Position numbers and translations under genes: made by a program. From Chloroflexota bacterium (GTDB lineage: Bacteria > Chloroflexota > Limnocylindria > Limnocylindrales > CSP1-4), in the NCBI GenBank assembly GCA_030447745.1, contig JAUJOH010000006.1, positions 68,217-132,216 on the forward strand: DNA of 64,000 nt. Direction: 5' to 3'. Positions 18,933 through 28,116 of this stretch are shown piece after piece. The notes under the pieces were generated by a model that worked only from the letters and a program-made list of their open reading frames with translations, was not told the DNA's origin and ran no database searches. Positions within the stretch are counted from its first letter, which is position 1. Each line of letters opens with the position of its first letter.

Positions 18933-20341
18933 GTGACCGTCCGTCCCCGGGCCGTGCCCGACGTCGCCAGGCGCGGATTCCGCCCGGCGTCGGAGCGGTG
19001 GCAGCGCGTGGGCCGCGCGGCCGCGCGCAGCGGACCGGGGCAATCCACAATCGGCCGCGCGATCGCGGGCGACCGGCGCTGGTTGCTCCCGCCGGTCCTG
19101 GTCGCCTACGTCTTCTACGTCACGTGGACGTGGGAGTTCCCGAACTGGCAGGGCGTGCCGTTCCCGCCGGTGTGGGCGGCGTCCGCTCTGGTGCTCGGCG
19201 CCGCCTGGCATCGGTCCGGGCGCGCGCTCGCGCCGTTGTCCGTGACCGCCGTCATCGTGCTGTCGGCGATGGTCCTGACCGACATCACCCTCTTCTGGAC
19301 CCAGGGGGCCAGAGACCTCGAGCTGTACGTCAAGGCGGGTGACCGCTGGCTCTCTGGCGCACCCGTCTACATGACCGTGCCGCTCGCCGCGCGCCCGGAG
19401 GACCTCTCGAACTATCCTTCCTCTACCCGCCGCTGACGCTGCCGCTGTTCGGCGCGCTGGCGAGCGTCCCGTTCCCTGTGGCCGCGGCCGCGTGGGTCAG
19501 GGCGTCGCTGGCCGCGGTCGTCGCCGGCTGTCGCTGGATCGGCCTGTCGTGGCCCTGGACGGTCATCGTGCTCGCCTGGCCCCCGGCGGCCCAGGGCATC
19601 TACGTCGGGAACGTGGCCGTGCCGCTCTTCGCGCTGTTCGCGGCGGCAGTCTGGCGGCCGGCTCTCCTCGTGGCCGCCCCGATCTTCAAGATCTACAGCG
19701 GGCTCGCGGCGCTCTGGCTGCTCCGGCGCGCCCACTGGCGATCGCTCGTCGTCGGGAGTGCCGGCGTCCTGGCCGTCGGGCTCGCGACGCTGCCGCTGAC
19801 CGGCGTCGAGCCGTGGAGCCGATGGCTCGCCGGCCTGCAGGCCTACCAGATCTCCCAGCAACTGCTTCCGGACTACCTGTACGGCTTCGGGCTGGCTCGC
19901 TTTGTCCCGCTGATCGTCTTCGCAGCGATCGCGGTCGCGGTGGCGATCGCTGCGTTGCGCGTCCGTCACCCGGTCGAGCAGCTCAGCCGGCTGGGCGTCG
20001 CGACGGTCGTGGCCTCGCCATCGCTCTTCGCCCACGGCTGGCTGGTCGCGCTTCCCGGCCTCGTGCGGCTGGACACGCCGTGGTTCTGGCTGGCGCTCGG
20101 GCTGACCGCGTGCTCGCCGGGTCTCGCCTGGTTCGTCGCGCTCGGCCTCGTCGTTGCCAGCTGGACCCTGCCGACCCTCCGAAAGCGGCCCGGCAGCGAC
20201 GCCTGGCACCCCCTGGGCGCGGCCGACATGCCGTGGCCCTCGCTGGCGGATGCCGGGCCATCGGTCCGGCCCGCTGTCGCGCTCGCCGGGCACGGCCAGC
20301 CCGACGAGGGCACGTCCACGAGATCCCAACCGTCGGGATGA
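18933..20341 (+). CDS. DUF2029/GT87-like polytopic membrane glycosyltransferase, copy 1, apparent -1 frame disruption at about 19417
   Basis: It aligns by eye with the downstream paralogue (RPEDLSNYP|FLYPPLTLPLFGAL versus RPDDPSTYPFLYPPVTLPMFAVL; LAWPPAAQGIYVGNVAV versus LAWPPVFQGIEVGNVAV). The two halves lie in frames 18873 and 19478. Confidence 0.6.
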
Positions 20342-21687
20342 GGCCGAGGCGCGCGCCCGAGGCGCAACCCGGAGCGGCCTCGGTCCCGTCCGCACCTCGA
20401 GCCTCACGACTGCGAGCCTTGGCTGGCTGGGCGGTGACTGTCGCCCTCGGCTGCTACATCGTCTTCGCGACGATCGACTGGAGCGTGCCGTGGCCCGGCG
20501 GGCTCCGGTTCGGGCCGCTGTGGGCCGCCGGCACGGCAGCCGCCATTGCGGCGTGGGCGGTTGCCGGGCGCCGCGTCACCGCGGTCTCGACGCTGGCCAT
20601 CGCGGCGGTGGTTGCGATGCTCCTGACGGACGCGTCGTACCTGGCGAGCGACACGCAGCGGGACCTCCACCTCTACCTCCGGGCTGGCGAGCGGTTCGCG
20701 GCCGGCGATGCCGTCTACCTGGATCGACTCGTGACCGAACGTCCGGACGATCCCTCGACCTACCCGTTCCTCTATCCGCCGGTCACGCTGCCGATGTTCG
20801 CGGTGCTGGCCGCCCTGCCCTCGTGGGTGGTGGATGTCGCCTGGGCGGCGGGCTCCATCGCGGCCGCGCTGGCCGCGATGCGGCTGTTCGGCCTGCCGTG
20901 GTCCTGGGCGTTCCTCATGCTCGCCTGGCCGCCGGTCTTCCAGGGGATCGAGGTCGGGAACGTCGCCGTGCTGCTGGCCGTCCTGTTCGCCGCCGCGCCG
21001 CGGTGGGGCGCCGGGCTCCTCGTCGCCCCCGTCTTCAAGGTCCACAGCGGGCTGGCGGTCGCGTGGCTCGTCCGCGAGCGGCGCTGGCGCCAGGTGGCCC
21101 TCGGGGTGGTCCTTGTCGGGGGCGCCTGCCTCGCGTCGCTGCCGCTCACCGGTGCCGATCGCTGGGCGGAGTGGTGGCATGGCCTGGCGCTCTTCGGCGC
21201 ATCCGCCCCGCTGCTGCCGGCCTCCCTGTACGGCTTCGGGCTCCTTGCGTTCGTGCCGGCCTGGGCGGCCGCCGCGCTGGCCGGTGCCGCATTGCTGGCG
21301 GCCATCCTGGCCGCCGGACACATCGGGCTTGCCCGTGTGGGGCTCGCGAGCGCCATCGCGTCGCCATCGCTGTACAGCCACGGGCTGATCGTCGCGCTCC
21401 CGGCGTTCCTCGAGCTCGCGCCGCGTTGGCTGTGGGTCGCGCTGGCGATCACCGCGGTGTCCCCGGGGATCGGCTGGTGGGCCGCGATCGCGCTGGCCCT
21501 CGCCGCATGGTTCATCCCCGGGCTGCGGCGGGTCCCCGAGGCACGGACCGGCGACGAGGGATGGCACCCGCTGCCGCCCGGAGCCGCGGCGTGGGAAGTG
21601 CCCCGGGAGCGGCCCGCTGTGCCGGCCGACCGCTCGCCGGGACGCGTCCCGCGACGCGACCGGCTCGATCGGCCGGCGGCGGGTTGA
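20338..21687 (+). CDS. DUF2029/GT87-like polytopic membrane glycosyltransferase, copy 2
   Basis: There is an ATGA overlap with copy 1. The protein is multi-TM and shares the FLYPP and AWPP..QG..VGNV motifs. Confidence 0.6.
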   Translation: MRPRRAPEAQPGAASVPSAPRASRLRALAGWAVTVALGCYIVFATIDWSVPWPGGLRFGPLWAAGTAAAIAAWAVAGRRVTAVSTLAIAAVVAMLLTDASYLASDTQRDLHLYLRAGERFAAGDAVYLDRLVTERPDDPSTYPFLYPPVTLPMFAVLAALPSWVVDVAWAAGSIAAALAAMRLFGLPWSWAFLMLAWPPVFQGIEVGNVAVLLAVLFAAAPRWGAGLLVAPVFKVHSGLAVAWLVRERRWRQVALGVVLVGGACLASLPLTGADRWAEWWHGLALFGASAPLLPASLYGFGLLAFVPAWAAAALAGAALLAAILAAGHIGLARVGLASAIASPSLYSHGLIVALPAFLELAPRWLWVALAITAVSPGIGWWAAIALALAAWFIPGLRRVPEARTGDEGWHPLPPGAAAWEVPRERPAVPADRSPGRVPRRDRLDRPAAG

Positions 21688-21712
21688 CGTCGGGGACCGC
21701 ACCGCCTAGTGT
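21684..21712 (+). promoter_or_regulatory. sigma-70-type promoter for the paaR-paaABCD unit (TTGACG-17 nt-TAGTGT)
   Basis: The hexamers and 17-nt spacer were read directly. The promoter is located 32 nt upstream of the TetR start. Confidence 0.45.
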
Positions 21713-21718
21713 GGCGGT

Positions 21719-21734
21719 CCTAACGAACGCTAGG
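21719..21734 (+). promoter_or_regulatory. imperfect palindrome CCTAACGAACGCTAGG, candidate PaaR operator
   Basis: It lies between the predicted -10 box and the TetR start. Its AACGnnCG core resembles reported PaaR boxes. Confidence 0.35.
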
Positions 21735-21743
21735 TAGCCGCCC

Positions 21744-22340
21744 GTGGCCCTTGACGCGCCGACGAGACGAAGAGCCATCGAGCAGGTCGCGAGCGGGCTG
21801 TTCCACGACCGCGGCTACGCAGCGACCAGCGTCCGCGACATCGCCGCGGCGCTCGACATCCGTGGCCCCAGCCTCTACGCGCACGTGACGTCCAAGGAGG
21901 ACGTCTTGTGGGCGATCGTGGAGCGCTCAGCGGACGACTTCGAGCGGGCGGCCGAAGAGGCACTCGCCAGGTTGCCCGCGGCCGCGGGCGCTGCCGAGCG
22001 CATCGGCGCCTTCGTGCGGGCGCACGTCGCCGTCATCGCGGCGGACCCGGAGCTCGCCAGCGTGTTCGTCCACGAGTGGCGACACCTCTCGCCCGACCGG
22101 CGGTCGCGGATCCTCGGCCGGCGGGACGCGTACGAGGCGCGGCTGCGCGACGTCGTGGCCCGCGGCATGGCGGAAGGCGACCTCCTTCCGACGGACCCGG
22201 CGGTTGCCGCGACGTTCATCCTCACGGCCCTCAACGGGCTGGCGACCTGGTATCGCCCCGGCGGGCGGCTGGCAGCCGACCGCATCGCCGAGCACTACGC
22301 GACGTTCGCCGTCCGCGCCCTCACGGAGGACTCCCGATGA
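21744..22340 (+). CDS. TetR-family transcriptional regulator (PaaR-like)
   Basis: TetR HTH: RRRAIEQVASGLFHDRGYAATSVRDIAAALDIRGPSLYAHVTSKEDVL. There is an ATGA overlap with paaA. Confidence 0.85.
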   Translation: MALDAPTRRRAIEQVASGLFHDRGYAATSVRDIAAALDIRGPSLYAHVTSKEDVLWAIVERSADDFERAAEEALARLPAAAGAAERIGAFVRAHVAVIAADPELASVFVHEWRHLSPDRRSRILGRRDAYEARLRDVVARGMAEGDLLPTDPAVAATFILTALNGLATWYRPGGRLAADRIAEHYATFAVRALTEDSR

Positions 22341-23321
22341 CCGATCCGCTCGCGCTCGAGCCCGTCCTCGCCCCGGCCGAGCGAGGGCGGCTCCCGTTCA
22401 ACGACGCCGATCGTGACCATGACGAGCGGCTTGAGCTGTTCGAGGCCCACGTCGTCGATGGCGGCAAGGTGGAGGCGACGGACTGGATGCCGGACGAGTA
22501 TCGGACCGGCGTCCTGCGCTTCGTCGAGATGCACGCGAACACGGAGCTGATGGGCGTGCTCCCGGAGCGCGAGTGGCTGATCCGCGCACCGACGCTCCGC
22601 CGGAAGCTCGCCCTCACGGCGAAGGTCCAGGACGAGGTCGGCCACGCCCAGCTGCTCTACCGGGTGGCGGAGGATCTCGGCAAGCCGCGCGACGCCATGA
22701 TCGAGGACCTCCTGGCCGGCAGGACGAAGTTCCACAACGTCTTCCACTACCCGACCCGGACCTGGGCGGACATCGGGATCATCGCCTGGCTCGTCGATGC
22801 CGCCGCGATCGTCGCCCAGCAGGCGCTTCGCGACTCCTCCTATGCACCGTATGCCCGGACGATGCGCAAGATCTGCTGGGAGAGCGTCCACATCATGCAC
22901 GGCCGGGACGTGGTCGTGACGATGGTCAACGGCACCGCGGAGCAGCGGGCGATGGTCAAGAGGCACTCGACCGGTGGTGGGGGCCGCTGATGCAGATGCA
23001 CGGACCACGGGCGACCGCGCGAAGGACCGCGACCTCCACTGGCGGATCAAGGCCAAGACCTCCGAGGAGCTGCGCCAGGAGTTCCTTTCGATCTACGTGC
23101 CGCGGATCATGGAGCTCGGCCTCACGCTGCCGGATCCCGAGCTGCGCTACGACGAGGCGACCGGCGAGTGGCGGTACAGCGAGCCGGACTGGCAGGAGCT
23201 GCGGACGGTGGTCACCAACCACGGGCCCAGGAGCGAGGAGCGACTGGCGTTCAGGCAGCTCACCTGGGACGACACCCGCTGGGTGCGCGACACGGTCCTC
23301 GCCGCCCCGCGGGCAGCATGA
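22337..23321 (+). CDS. paaA: 1,2-phenylacetyl-CoA epoxidase subunit A, with two apparent -1 frame disruptions (about 22956 and about 23005-23020)
   Basis: The di-iron protein sequence (EMHANTELMG, KVQDEVGHAQLLY, AIVAQQAL) is in frame a. It continues as EALDRWWGPLMQMHGP in frame a-1 and then DRDLHWRIKAKTSEELRQEFL in frame a-2. Confidence 0.85.
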
Positions 23322-23333
23322 ATCCTCGAACCG

Positions 23334-23737
23334 ATGGCTAGCGGCGCGTCGCCTCGGTCCTCGGAGGGCGGAATCGAGCTGCCGGGGAGTCGGGGCTCCA
23401 GCCTTGGGAGGTCTTCCGGCAGGAGAAGGAGGGCGGCCCGATGCAGCACGGCGGGAGCGTCCTCGCGCCCGACGCCGAGCTCGCCGTCCACTACGCTCGC
23501 GAGCTCTTCGGGCGCCGGCAGGAGAGCGTCCGGCTGTGGATCGTGCGCCGCGCGGACGTGCACGACCTCGCCGATCCGGACCTGCTCGACCCGCCGCTCG
23601 ACCGCTCGTTCAAGAAGCCCGGCGGGTACGTGATGCGCGACAAGCTGGCGGCGGCCCGGGAGCGGAGCGGGCGGCCGAAATCGTCGGCCGGAGAGCGTCG
23701 CGCAGCTCCGCGGTCCAGCCCGGACGGCTCCCAGTGA
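23334..23737 (+). CDS. paaB: 1,2-phenylacetyl-CoA epoxidase subunit B, N-terminus apparently frame-disrupted (about 23380-23390)
   Basis: PWEVFRQEKEGGPMQHGGSVLAPDAELAVHYARELFGRRQESVRLWIV matches the PaaB core. The conserved WEVF lies upstream of ATG 23441 in a stretch with no in-frame start codon back to the stop at 23339. Confidence 0.75.
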
Positions 23738-24522
23738 CGACGGCCGCCGCCTCGGACCTCGTTCCGGCCACTCCCAACGCGCTCGCGCTGCTCCTCCTCG
23801 CCATGGCCGACGACGAGTTCGTGATCGGCTTCAGCGACTCCGAGTGGACCGGCATCGCGCCGCTCCTCGAGGAGGACGTGGCCATGAGCTCGATCGCCCA
23901 GGACGAGCTGGCGCACGCGCAGGCGCTGTTCCGCCTGCTCGCCGACGTCGTCGACGACGGCCGCGACGCGGACGCGATCGCCTACGACCGCCCGGCCGAC
24001 GGCTACTTCCACGCCCGGCTCCTCGACCACGCGCGAGGTGACTGGGCGCAGACGATCGCCCGCCGCTTCCTGTACGAGACCGCCGATGCGGTCCGGCTCG
24101 AGGCTCTCGCCGGCTCCTCGTACCTGCCGTTGCGCGACCTCGTGGGCAAGATCCGGCGAGAGGAGCGCTACCACGCGATGCACATCACGGCGTGGCTCGA
24201 GCGGCTGGCGTCGACCGCAGGCGAGCCGCGGAACCGGCTGCTCGCGGCGCTCGACCGCCTCGCCCTCGACGCCGCGACCGTGCTCGCGCCGCTGCCCGAT
24301 GAACTGAGCCTCCTCATGGCGGGCGTCGTGGACGCTCCGGGGTCGGACCTCGACGCCCGGTGGCGAGCGGCGATCGCGCCCGTGCTCGCGAGGCTGAAGC
24401 TCCCGATGCCGCCGCCCGCAGCCGATCCGCCCCGCGCGCGGACGGACCACTCCGACGCCTTCCGCTGGCTGCACGGCGAGTTCACGTCCGTCCGGCGCCT
24501 CGACCCACGGGCCGCCTGGTGA
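23734..24522 (+). CDS. paaC: 1,2-phenylacetyl-CoA epoxidase subunit C
   Basis: There is a GTGA overlap with paaB. The sequence LLLLAMADDEFVIGFSDSEWTGIAPLLEEDVAMSSIAQDELAHAQALF is the PaaC ferritin-like fold. Confidence 0.8.
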   Translation: MTTAAASDLVPATPNALALLLLAMADDEFVIGFSDSEWTGIAPLLEEDVAMSSIAQDELAHAQALFRLLADVVDDGRDADAIAYDRPADGYFHARLLDHARGDWAQTIARRFLYETADAVRLEALAGSSYLPLRDLVGKIRREERYHAMHITAWLERLASTAGEPRNRLLAALDRLALDAATVLAPLPDELSLLMAGVVDAPGSDLDARWRAAIAPVLARLKLPMPPPAADPPRARTDHSDAFRWLHGEFTSVRRLDPRAAW

Positions 24523-24977
24523 TCGCGTTCGTCGACGAGTCGGCGGTCCGTGCCGCGCTCGCCGAGGTGCCGGATCCCGAGATCCCGGTGGTCTCGGTCG
24601 TCGACCTCGGCATGGTCGAGTCCGTCGAGGTCGCGCCGGATGCGATCCGCGTCGAGCTCCTCCCGACCTTCGTCGGCTGTCCTGCGCTCGACGTGATCCG
24701 TGAGGCCGTCGAGCAGCGGCTCGCGGGCTTCGGACGAGCCGTCGGTGTCTCGTTCGGCTACCGAGTCCCGTGGACGTCCGACCGGATCACGGCTGTCGGA
24801 CGGGAGCGGCTTCGGGCGGCCGGTTTCGCGCCGCCGGATGACCCGGCGGCGATGCGGTGCCCGTACTGCGGCTCGGGCGAGGTCGCGCTCGACAACCTGT
24901 TCGGCCCCACGCAGTGCCGATCGCTGCACTACTGCCGAGCCTGCCGGCAGCCGTTCGAGTCGTTCAAGCCGGTCTGA
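24519..24977 (+). CDS. paaD: phenylacetate-CoA oxygenase subunit PaaD (SUF/MIP18-like plus C-terminal Cys cluster)
   Basis: There is a GTGA overlap with paaC. Supporting sequence: VPDPEIPVVSVVDLGMV...TFVGCPA and the C-terminal CPYCGS...CRACRQPF. Confidence 0.8.
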   Translation: MIAFVDESAVRAALAEVPDPEIPVVSVVDLGMVESVEVAPDAIRVELLPTFVGCPALDVIREAVEQRLAGFGRAVGVSFGYRVPWTSDRITAVGRERLRAAGFAPPDDPAAMRCPYCGSGEVALDNLFGPTQCRSLHYCRACRQPFESFKPV

Positions 24978-25010
24978 CGCGCTCCGCGGACGTATGGTAC
25001 CGTATATGGC

Positions 25011-25232
25011 ATGGAGAAGACGACCGTCTACCTGCCATCGCATTTGAAGCGAGCGCTCGAGCGGACGGCACGCCTCGAGGGACGCAGTGAGGCCGACCTC
25101 ATCCGAGAAGCGATCGCCGCGGTCACCGAGCGGCACGCCGTGCGAGAGCCCAGCGCACCGCTCTTCCACAGCGGCGACCCGGACTATGCCACGCGCCTCG
25201 ACGACTACATGAAGGGCTTCGGCGAGGATTGA
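25011..25232 (+). CDS. vapB: CopG/ribbon-helix-helix antitoxin (VapB-type)
   Basis: 73 aa, with the N-terminal beta-strand/helix pattern MEKTTVYLPSHLKRALERTARLEGRSEADLIREAI. It overlaps the PIN gene by 4 bp. Confidence 0.8.
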   Translation: MEKTTVYLPSHLKRALERTARLEGRSEADLIREAIAAVTERHAVREPSAPLFHSGDPDYATRLDDYMKGFGED

Positions 25233-25648
25233 TCGTCGTGGACGCGAGCGGCATCCTGAGCGCGCTCGACGCCGGCGATCCACATCACCACGCCTCACTG
25301 GAGGCGTTGCGCACGTCCAGTCCTCGCCTTCTGTCGCCGTTGATCCTCGCGGAGGTCGAGTACCTGCTGGGCGTGCGGTCGGGTCGACGAGCGCAGACCG
25401 AGTTTCTGTCCGATGTCGCCGACGGCGTCTATCGCCTCGAGCCGTTCACGCAAGCCGATGTCATGGAGGTGCGGGGGATCCTCGAGCGATACCACGACCT
25501 GGACCTCGGCGTCGCTGACGCGTCGCTCGTCGTGATCTCGCGGCGCCACGGCGTCCACGACGTCTTGACGCTCGACGAGCGTCACTTCCGTGCCGTGCTC
25601 GGTCCGGGCGACCGGCCGTTTCGCCTGCTGCCGGCCGATGCCGCCTGA
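25229..25648 (+). CDS. vapC: PIN-domain ribonuclease toxin (VapC-type)
   Basis: 139 aa starting MIVVDASG (first acidic residue), with downstream EVEYLL, a further D at GVADASLV and TLDERHF. Confidence 0.8.
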   Translation: MIVVDASGILSALDAGDPHHHASLEALRTSSPRLLSPLILAEVEYLLGVRSGRRAQTEFLSDVADGVYRLEPFTQADVMEVRGILERYHDLDLGVADASLVVISRRHGVHDVLTLDERHFRAVLGPGDRPFRLLPADAA

Positions 25649-26804
25649 GCCGGCGCCCGCGATCGTCGGGATCGTCGGCGCAGGCACGATGGGCGCCGGT
25701 ATCGCGCAGCTCGCGTTGGAGCACGGGCACGAGGTGGTCCTCCACGACGTGGACGACGCGGCGATCGATCGTGGCCGGGATCGGATCCGGGAGGGGCTGG
25801 GGCGCCGAGCGCGCCGGCTCGCTCTGGACCCGGCGGCGGTCGATGCCTGGGTCGACGGCCGGCTGGCCGGGCTGCGCCAGGCCGAGACGCTCGCGCTCCT
25901 GGCCGGAGAGGCGGACGTCGTGGTCGAGGCAGCGCTCGAGGACCTCGCGCTCAAGCGGGAGATCTTCCGGGCGCTCGACGAGTCGGCTGAGGCCGAGACC
26001 GTCCTGGCGACGAACACGAGCGCGCTATCCGTGAGCGCCATCGCCGAAGCCGTCGATCGGCCCGAGCGGGTGATCGGCCTTCACTTCTTCAACCCGGCGC
26101 CGGTCATGCGTCTGGTCGAAGTGGTCACCACCGCGCGCACGGACTCCGGCGCGGCCGAGCGTGCCACGGCGCTCGTCGCGAGCTGGGACCGGACCCCGGT
26201 CCGCTCCGCCGACTCGCCGGGCTTCATCGTCAACCGCGTCAACCGCCCGTTCACGATCGAGGCGCTGCGGATGCTCGAGGCGGGCGAGGCGTCCGTCGAG
26301 GCCGTCGACGCCGCCATCCGGCAGGACGGCTTTCCGATGGGCCCGTTCGAGCTCATCGACCTCGCGGGCGTGGACGTCAACCTCGCCGCCGCGCGCGGGG
26401 TATGGGAAGGTCTGGGACGCCCGGAACGGCTCCGACCGTCCGCGATCCAGGAGCGGCTGGTCGAGGCCGGGCATCTCGGTCGCAAGTCGGGCGAGGGCTT
26501 CTACCGGTACGTCCACGGGCGGCGCGTCGATGTCGCAGCCGAGTTCGCCGCCGCGGCCACGACGCTCGACGCCGACGTGATCCGCGACCGCATCGTGCTC
26601 GGCGTGGCGGGCGAGGCATGGACGGCGGTCGCCGAGAACGTCGCGACCGCGGCGGACATCGACCTCGCGCTCCGCCTGGGCGCCGCGCACCCCATCGGTC
26701 CCTTCGAGCGGACCGAGCGACGCGGCGGGCGCGCGGCCGTGCGGGCTCGTCTCGAGGCGCTCGGCCGGCGCGACGTCGCGCTCCTGCTGGCCGACCGGCA
26801 ATGA
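25638..26804 (+). CDS. 3-hydroxyacyl-CoA dehydrogenase (PaaH/Hbd-like)
   Basis: Rossmann motif IVGAGTMGAGIAQ, plus NTSALSV and HFFNPAPVMRLVEV. ATG 25638 overlaps the vapC 3' end. Confidence 0.85.
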   Translation: MPPEPAPAIVGIVGAGTMGAGIAQLALEHGHEVVLHDVDDAAIDRGRDRIREGLGRRARRLALDPAAVDAWVDGRLAGLRQAETLALLAGEADVVVEAALEDLALKREIFRALDESAEAETVLATNTSALSVSAIAEAVDRPERVIGLHFFNPAPVMRLVEVVTTARTDSGAAERATALVASWDRTPVRSADSPGFIVNRVNRPFTIEALRMLEAGEASVEAVDAAIRQDGFPMGPFELIDLAGVDVNLAAARGVWEGLGRPERLRPSAIQERLVEAGHLGRKSGEGFYRYVHGRRVDVAAEFAAAATTLDADVIRDRIVLGVAGEAWTAVAENVATAADIDLALRLGAAHPIGPFERTERRGGRAAVRARLEALGRRDVALLLADRQ

Positions 26805-26861
26805 AGGACCGGGGCGAGCGAACGCGCAGGCGCCGGCCCGGCTCGCGCTACCATCGGCCGC

Positions 26862-28091
26862 ATGACGCGTGATCTCCACCGGCCGCTCCGCGAGGCCTGG
26901 ATCGTCGAGGCGGTTCGGAGCCCCATCGGACGCTACGGCGGCGTGCTGGCGACGGTTCGGCCCGATGACCTCGCCGCCGCGGTGCTGCGCGGCCTCGTCG
27001 ACCGAAGCGGCATCGACCCGGCCCTCATCGAGGACGTGATCCTCGGCTGCGCGAACCAGGCGGGCGAGGACAACCGGGACGTGGCGCGGATGGCCGTCCT
27101 GCTGGCCGGGTTGCCCGTAGAGGTCGGCGGGCTGACCGTCAATCGGCTGTGCGGGAGCGGGCTGCAGGCGATCAACTCGGCCGCCCATGCCATCGCCGTC
27201 GGCGACGGCGACGTCTTCGTCGGTGGCGGCGTCGAGTCGATGACGCGGGCGCCGTACGTGATGCTCAAGCCGGAGACCGCCTACGACCGCGGCCCACGCG
27301 AGATGTTCGACACGACGCTCGGCTGGCGCTTCGTCAACCCGAGACTCGGCGAGCAACACCACCCGTACTCGATGGGCGAGACGGCCGAGAACGTGGCCGA
27401 GCGCTGGGAGGTGGGGCGCGACCTCCAGGACGCCTTCGCCCTCCGGTCGCAACAGCTCGCCGCAACCGCGATCGAGGAGGGCCGGTTCGCGGACCAGATC
27501 GTCCCGATCACGGTCCCCCAGCGGAAGGGCGAGCCCATCGTGGTCGACCGCGACGAGCAGCCGCGCGCAGACACGTCGCTGGAAGCGCTCGGCCGGCTCA
27601 AGCCCGCCTTCCGCGAGGGGGGAACCGTCACGCCGGGCAACTCGAGTGGCATCAACGACGGCGCGTCGGCGGTCCTCCTGGTCGAGGCGGCCCGCGCGCG
27701 CGAGCTCGGCCTGCGACCCATGGCGCGGATCCTGTCGACCGCGGTCGCCGGGGGGGATCCGGCGGTCATGGGCATCGGCCCGGTGCCGGCGTCGCGCACG
27801 GCACTGGGGCGGGCGGGCCTGTCGGTCGACGACCTCGACCTGGTGGAGCTCAACGAGGCGTTCGCCAGCCAGTCGGTCGTCTGCATCCGCGAGCTTGGGC
27901 TGGACCCGGACAGGGTGAACGTCGACGGCGGCGCGATCGCCTTCGGCCACCCGCTCGGCAGCAGTGGCGGCCGACTGATCACGATGCTCGTCCACCAGCT
28001 GCGGCGGACCGGCGGGCGGTACGGGCTGGCGACGATGTGCATCGGCGTGGGGCAGGGGATGGCCACGGTCGTCGAACGGATCGACGGCTGA
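26862..28091 (+). CDS. paaJ: 3-oxoadipyl-CoA/acetyl-CoA C-acyltransferase (thiolase, PaaJ/PcaF-like)
   Basis: Matching segments are GCANQAGEDNRDVARMA, NRLCGSG (active-site Cys), GGVESMTRAP and a C-terminal CIGVGQG. Confidence 0.85.
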   Translation: MTRDLHRPLREAWIVEAVRSPIGRYGGVLATVRPDDLAAAVLRGLVDRSGIDPALIEDVILGCANQAGEDNRDVARMAVLLAGLPVEVGGLTVNRLCGSGLQAINSAAHAIAVGDGDVFVGGGVESMTRAPYVMLKPETAYDRGPREMFDTTLGWRFVNPRLGEQHHPYSMGETAENVAERWEVGRDLQDAFALRSQQLAATAIEEGRFADQIVPITVPQRKGEPIVVDRDEQPRADTSLEALGRLKPAFREGGTVTPGNSSGINDGASAVLLVEAARARELGLRPMARILSTAVAGGDPAVMGIGPVPASRTALGRAGLSVDDLDLVELNEAFASQSVVCIRELGLDPDRVNVDGGAIAFGHPLGSSGGRLITMLVHQLRRTGGRYGLATMCIGVGQGMATVVERIDG

Positions 28092-28116
28092 GGCGGCACG
28101 CTCGGGCGGACCGGCG

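Noticed and set aside
23423-23443. ATG 23441, with a strong AAGGAGGG Shine-Dalgarno-like sequence, as the true paaB start.
   Set aside because: The conserved PaaB N-terminal segment (PWEVFRQEKEGG) is encoded in frame immediately upstream. The SD-like string is therefore most simply the EKEGG codons, and the gene needs an upstream start via a frame correction.
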